Positions 38,939 through 43,396 of a DNA stretch of 43,396 nucleotides are shown here, one piece after another. The notes under the pieces are model-generated. The model was not told the origin of the DNA. It searched no databases and saw only the letters and a list, made by a program, of their open reading frames with translations. A program made the translations under genes and the position numbers. The stretch comes from a bacterium (GTDB lineage: Bacteria; UBP15; UBA6099; JAJRTR01). Where the stretch lies: contig JAJRTR010000167.1 of NCBI GenBank assembly GCA_024278215.1, positions 1 to 43,396 on the forward strand, read 5' to 3'. Each line of letters begins with the position of its first letter. The first letter of the stretch is position 1.

Positions 38939-38964
38939 CCCGGATTTCTCACAAAGGAATCCGG
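38935..38964 (+). repeat. GTAG-type REP-like hairpin, family 2
   Basis: GTAGCCCGGATTTCTCACAAAGGAATCCGG; its TAG is the ArsR stop. Confidence 0.65.
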
Positions 38965-39013
38965 TGATAAGCGTCACACAATTGACATGTACTATAAATG
39001 TAAGGGTGAAAAG

Positions 39014-40294
39014 ATGATGGATACAATAATTGGGTTCTTACAGGGATTCTGGGAGATAATGGGGGAGATGTCTCCGTATCTCCTGCTGGGCTTTTTGATC
39101 GCCGGCATACTTTCCGTGTTTTTTACAGAGAAGACTGTCGAGAAATATATAGGACGCCGCGACACGGCATCTGTATTCAAGGCATCTCTTTTCGGTGTAC
39201 CGCTGCCGCTGTGTTCGTGCGGTGTAATCCCCGTGGGGATGTCGCTTCGCAGACATGGCGCGGGGCGCGGCGCGGCTACGGCGTTTCTTATTTCCACGCC
39301 CCAGACGGGCGTTGACAGCATACTCGTCACATTCAGTCTGCTGGGGCCGTTGTTTGCGATAGTGAGGCCGATAGCGGCGCTTGTGACCGGCGCTGCGGGC
39401 GGCATGCTTGTCAACGGCTTTGTGGGCAAAGAGAAAACTACTGCGGCTACTGCTAATACGCAACCGGGCTGCACCGGCGGATGTTGCGGCAGGGACGAAG
39501 GCACAGAGACGAGTGAAAGCCGGTTTGAAAGGGCTCTTCGTTATGGGTTTCTGACCCTGCCGGGCGATATCGGAAAGTATCTCATCGTGGGACTCGTACT
39601 CGCGGCGGTGGTATCGGCGCTGATTCCCGCCGACTATCTTTCGTCTTACCTGGGGCGCGGTCTTGTGCCCATGTTTGCGATGATGCTGATAGGTATCCCG
39701 ATGTACGTCTGTTCGACAGCTTCCGTGCCCGTTGCGGCGGCGCTCATGGCCGCCGGGGTGTCGCCCGGTGCGGCGCTTGTCTTCCTCATGACCGGCCCGG
39801 CCACAAATATTGCTACAATTACGACAATATGGAGCGTTCTGGGAAAACGCACTGCCCTGATTTATCTGGGTACAATTGCCGTGGGGGCGATGCTGTCCGG
39901 ACTCCTGCTCGACGCGCTTGCCGTTAATGTCGCACAACACCTGAACACTACAAATATATTGATGCTGCCAGCATGGGTTGGAAACCTGAGCGCGGTGCTT
40001 CTGATAGGCGTGATTGCCACCGCACTCATGAAAAGAAAAGGACAGGCACACATGCCGGTGACGGAAGCAATGGCAGAGTCGGTATCCGAAAATATCGCTG
40101 TTTATCTTGAGATCAAGGGTATGAAATGCAGCCACTGCGTCAACCAAATCACGCGCTCACTGAATGAACTGAGCAAAGTCAGCGGAGTCGACATCGACCT
40201 GCAGACCGGGCAAAGTACCATAACCGGCAGGAATCTCGACCGGGAAGAACTTATCGGTATTGTTACAAGCCTGGGATATGGAATCGAAGAGTGA
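39014..40294 (+). CDS. DUF318/ArsP-like heavy-metal permease (SO_0444 type) with C-terminal HMA domain
   Basis: PLPLCSCGVIP, FLISTPQTGVDS, PMYVCSTASVP, GPATN; GMKCSHC HMA motif. Confidence 0.88.
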   Translation: MMDTIIGFLQGFWEIMGEMSPYLLLGFLIAGILSVFFTEKTVEKYIGRRDTASVFKASLFGVPLPLCSCGVIPVGMSLRRHGAGRGAATAFLISTPQTGVDSILVTFSLLGPLFAIVRPIAALVTGAAGGMLVNGFVGKEKTTAATANTQPGCTGGCCGRDEGTETSESRFERALRYGFLTLPGDIGKYLIVGLVLAAVVSALIPADYLSSYLGRGLVPMFAMMLIGIPMYVCSTASVPVAAALMAAGVSPGAALVFLMTGPATNIATITTIWSVLGKRTALIYLGTIAVGAMLSGLLLDALAVNVAQHLNTTNILMLPAWVGNLSAVLLIGVIATALMKRKGQAHMPVTEAMAESVSENIAVYLEIKGMKCSHCVNQITRSLNELSKVSGVDIDLQTGQSTITGRNLDREELIGIVTSLGYGIEE

Positions 40295-40323
40295 AGGGAG
40301 ACCGCTTTTCATCGGGGTACATT

Positions 40324-40458
40324 ATGGTGTATATTGAAAGATAGATGGAGACGACCATCCGAAGGGTGGCAAAGGATTTCCCGGCTGTGGTGCTGACCGG
40401 GTTGCGCCGGTCTGTCAAAACTACTTTATCGGATGCTGTTGATACAATCCGGCTTTAA
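40324..40458 (+). pseudogene. N-terminal remnant of an AAA_14-type ATP-binding protein
   Basis: Reads MVYIER*METTIRRVAKDFPAVVLTGLRRSVKTTL...*, a decayed version of the typical YIxR...FPVVxLTGPRQxGKTTL start; internal stop and broken Walker A. Confidence 0.6.
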
Positions 40459-40693
40459 TAAAATTCCAACATGTATGAAACGGGTTAGAACTTCTCGAAA
40501 TACGAGAAAATCAACAGCGGCTTTGAAGCTATGCGGGATAAGTTCGTTTCACTGGAGTTGCCTGATGTCAGGGAGTCGGCTTTTCTAATCACAGGGGATT
40601 ATCTGCCGTTTATTCTCCACTTATAATTTTTCATGAGGTGCAATATATGTCTGATCTTTTACAGTTGTCAAATAACAAATCCGGAGGAAACTG

Positions 40694-41497
40694 ATGAAAC
40701 TTGCTTTGCAGGAAGGTTTATATGATGACGGAGGATTCGGAAAATTCGTTGAAAGAGCGCAGGAATGGGGTTTCGATGCTGTTGAGGTATGGGGTGAAGG
40801 GCTGTCCGACAGGCTGACAGAGGTGAAAAAAGTTGTTTCCGATGCCGGAATGCCCGTGTCGTCGATCTGTCCTGGCGGCGGCGGCATTCGTGGTTCTTTG
40901 CTGAGCGGCGACGAGGCTGGGAGAAGCGCGGCGGCGGCAGACATCGAAACTTTGCTCGAGATGGGTGCTGAACTCGGCGGTGCGGGCCTGATAATTGTAC
41001 CGGAATTCGGGGTTGAAAAATTCATGGCTCTCTACCCCGATCTCAGCGATTTCGAGTCGAGAAAACGCATGTTCGCCGACCGGCTCGCGCCGCTCGCCGA
41101 GAAAGCCGCCACACTGGGCGTTGATATCCTGATCGAGCCTCTCAATCGTTACGAGGCGTTCTTTATGCTTACTGTCGGCCAGGCCGCCGAGATTTGCCGT
41201 TTGACAGGCAGTCCCGCCGTGAAGGTCATGGCCGATCTCTTTCACATGGGCATCGAGGAACGCAGTGTTATCAATGCGCTTGCCACGAATTCGGGCTACA
41301 TCGCGCATATTCATCTTGTCGACACCAACCGGAAACTCCCCGGCTTCGGCGACCGCGATTTCCTGCCGGTTTTCAAAACACTGGACGAAAAGAGTTTCGG
41401 CGGACATCTTTGCCTCGAATGCGGCATACCCGGCGACCCGTTTCATGATATTCCGAAATCGATTGAGACGATTAATATGATTCTGGATAAACTATAA
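40694..41497 (+). CDS. Sugar phosphate isomerase/epimerase (AP_endonuc_2 TIM barrel)
   Basis: GFDAVE, IEPLNRYE, DLFHM, HIHLVDTNR.LPG.G, LEC metal ligands. Confidence 0.88.
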   Translation: MKLALQEGLYDDGGFGKFVERAQEWGFDAVEVWGEGLSDRLTEVKKVVSDAGMPVSSICPGGGGIRGSLLSGDEAGRSAAAADIETLLEMGAELGGAGLIIVPEFGVEKFMALYPDLSDFESRKRMFADRLAPLAEKAATLGVDILIEPLNRYEAFFMLTVGQAAEICRLTGSPAVKVMADLFHMGIEERSVINALATNSGYIAHIHLVDTNRKLPGFGDRDFLPVFKTLDEKSFGGHLCLECGIPGDPFHDIPKSIETINMILDKL

Positions 41498-41555
41498 AGC
41501 TTGTGCGTTCTTGCAAGCGACTCTTCCGGCAAAATATTCAAGAGGGTATCCATTA

Positions 41556-41733
41556 GAGCCATTTGCAAAATTATGATTCTGCTGCGGTCGGCTGCTATTG
41601 TCCATAGTTGCGTTGTCGGTGCAAAATCGTCCTCGACGTACTCTACAAGTACGCCTGCGAGGATTTTACACCTCCGCCTTGCTCTGAACAATTTCGCTCG
41701 ACCTCGCTACGAACATAATTTTGCAATTGGCTC
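41556..41733 (-). mobile_element. ~178-bp palindromic element, copy F (reverse orientation)
   Basis: Reverse complement aligns to copies A/B; flanked by ATTA on both sides. Confidence 0.85.
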
Positions 41734-41748
41734 ATTAGACTCCTGTTG

Positions 41749-41797
41749 CCACAATATATCGTCGTTCTTTCCTCTTCAAACATACAATATATAGTGC
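41749..41797. promoter_or_regulatory. Tandem NrdR-box-like sites
   Basis: ccaCAATATATCGtcg (41749-41764) and ataCAATATATAGtgc (41782-41797) resemble acaCwAtATaTwGtgt; starts are 33 bp apart. Confidence 0.5.
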
Positions 41798-42143
41798 TAA
41801 CTTGAGCGATGTGGATACCCCACATATTCAAAAAGTCAGGGCTGGTAAATAATGGGAAAACGGGTGCTAAAAAATGGAAAGTATGATAGAATATATTAAT
41901 AATTAGCATGGGGAAAATATGTCCTGGTAGTGAATCGAGGCTATAATGTGATAAAGTGGATGGTGTGAGGGGTAATGCCGGGTTACCGGGGGAATAGCAA
42001 TAAGCACCATATGAATTTTTCAACAGGGGAAAATCCGGTTTATAAAATGATAATAGTAGATGTTTCAGGTTGCCCGGCAGCCGAATGCCGTTTCCAGTCG
42101 ATCTTATCGAAATGAATTTATGCAACTGCAAGCAGGAGAATCC

Positions 42144-43396
42144 ATGAGACCCAAAAATGTTTTTGGTATGTTATTGTTATCCTTTTTAATTTCCATCATA
42201 GCAACGGGGGCCGCGCAGGCGGCGATAACGCTTAATGCCTCTTCGACGGTTGGGATAGGAGCCAGCGGCACGTGGTTCATACGCGCCAACAGCGAAACCA
42301 AAGAGGTGTTGTCATTTGATCTGAGCCGGTCCGGTCTCGGGGCGAATTTTGCCTCGATAACGGTAACTATCGACGACCCGGGCAGCGGAATACAGACCGA
42401 CTGGCTGCACTGCATTGCGACCGACGATACGAGCGGTATTGCGATATACGAAGATAATGGAACAGTCGGATTGCTGGAAAGTGGAACAGATGTGCTGCAG
42501 GCGATAAATACAGGCAGTTCAGGCTGGAGCCTCGCGGGCAACCTGTGCGGCGACACGAGCGCGACGGATTCTGCCCATATTGTTCTCACAACTCCTTACG
42601 CGCTGGCAAACGGGTCGAATGAATTTCTGATAGCGCTGAATACTAACAGTTCGCTGGCATCCGGAGCGACTTTCACGGTAACAATACACCTGAACAATAT
42701 ATATACGGACGAGCCGTCTTCCTTCCCCACGGCGAACGCGATTACGACTGATCTTATAAGCACAGACGCGGCAAGCCCGACGGTTCTTATAACAAGTCCC
42801 GCGACATCCACCTGGCAGGTTGCGAATTTCGATGTGGGGGTCGAAGAAGCCGACACGGGCGGTTCGGGACTCGAGACTTGCGAATATGCCGTGGTATCGA
42901 ATTCAGTGGAAACAGTCGCCTGGACATCGTATGGATGCGGGGCAACGCCTACGGTGACGTTGGGCGCGAGCGCGAACTGCCTCGATCAGGGGGCTGGCAT
43001 CTGCGCTGTGGGCATCAGGGCGACAGATTTCGCGAGCAACACCACATATGCTACGGAGACTTATGATATAGATTATTCGACACCGACGATTAGTGTTGCC
43101 AACCCTGCGTCTGGGACGTGGCAGTCGGCGCAGTTCGAGGTGGATACGACCGAGGCGGATACGGGCGGCGCGCTGCTTTCCGAGTGCCGTTATCGCGTGG
43201 AATCCAACAGTGTCGAAACGCTGGCGTGGCAGGTTTACACGTGCGGAGAATATGCGACGGTAACAGTAGGCGCGACGGGCTACTGCCAGAACGAAGGGGC
43301 GGGTATGTGCGAAGTCGCGGTGCTGGCGGTGGACGGAGCGAGCAACACGTCGACAATCGCAACTGCATCATACGACATAGATTACACGATACCGAC
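42144..43396 (+). CDS. Large secreted protein with tandem Cys-containing Ig-like repeats (3' end outside window; absent from ORF track)
   Basis: AGGAG RBS, ATG 42144, signal peptide MRPKNVFGMLLLSFLISIIATGAAQA; frame stays open to the window end; ~102-aa repeats PT..P...WQ...F.V...EADTGG..L..C.Y.V.SNSVET.AW..Y.CG...C...GAG.C.V...A.D.ASN...YDIDY. Confidence 0.85.
   Translation, partial: MRPKNVFGMLLLSFLISIIATGAAQAAITLNASSTVGIGASGTWFIRANSETKEVLSFDLSRSGLGANFASITVTIDDPGSGIQTDWLHCIATDDTSGIAIYEDNGTVGLLESGTDVLQAINTGSSGWSLAGNLCGDTSATDSAHIVLTTPYALANGSNEFLIALNTNSSLASGATFTVTIHLNNIYTDEPSSFPTANAITTDLISTDAASPTVLITSPATSTWQVANFDVGVEEADTGGSGLETCEYAVVSNSVETVAWTSYGCGATPTVTLGASANCLDQGAGICAVGIRATDFASNTTYATETYDIDYSTPTISVANPASGTWQSAQFEVDTTEADTGGALLSECRYRVESNSVETLAWQVYTCGEYATVTVGATGYCQNEGAGMCEVAVLAVDGASNTSTIATASYDIDYTIP

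Noticed and set aside
40324-40626. TAG read-through (pyrrolysine or recoding) in two short frames
   Set aside because: TAG is used as a normal stop by several intact genes here, and the Walker A motif is also decayed, indicating pseudogenisation.
5456-41733. 178-bp repeats as a CRISPR array or 6S RNA
   Set aside because: Copies are dispersed with no repeat-spacer periodicity and no cas genes; length and rod shape recall 6S RNA, but ten copies/remnants with TIRs and target duplications fit a mobile repeat better.
41749-42060. Replication origin
   Set aside because: AT-rich, but only one imperfect DnaA box and no dnaA/dnaN/gidA context.
41940-42135. Riboswitch (e.g. c-di-GMP-I) upstream of the secreted Ig-repeat gene
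   Set aside because: Only a short GGTAA/TTACC hairpin is present; the conserved GGCAAA/GNRA-receptor core was not found.

Overview
Chromosomal window from a GC-rich, probably diderm, motile bacterium (TolC/RND efflux, PilT, FliN, plus Firmicutes-style PASTA kinase-rpe and PrsA). It holds about 31 intact CDSs: a surface-protein cluster (phage-fibre-like repeat protein, TPR lipoprotein, 12-repeat NHL protein, Ig-like secreted protein), an ECF sigma/anti-sigma/TPR operon divergent from a second DnaK + J-HEAT + PHP operon, a TetR-linked RND efflux operon, an NSS transporter, an ArsR-permease metal module, and a large secreted Cys/Ig-repeat gene that runs off the right edge and is missing from the ORF track. 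No rRNA, tRNA, CRISPR array or transposase is visible. The strongest unexplained signal is non-coding: a dispersed ~178-bp palindromic element (GAGCC...GGCTC ends, 6 full copies plus 4 remnants) with compensatory stem changes and apparent 4-bp target duplications, alongside two smaller REP-like families. Also notable: two apparent pseudo-enzymes (PASTA kinase, ADP-ribosylglycohydrolase), an NSS transporter with a MetS-like tail, an orphan FliN carrying a CheY-P-binding peptide, and tandem NrdR-like boxes with no nrd gene nearby. All family calls come from motif recognition by eye; no database search was run.
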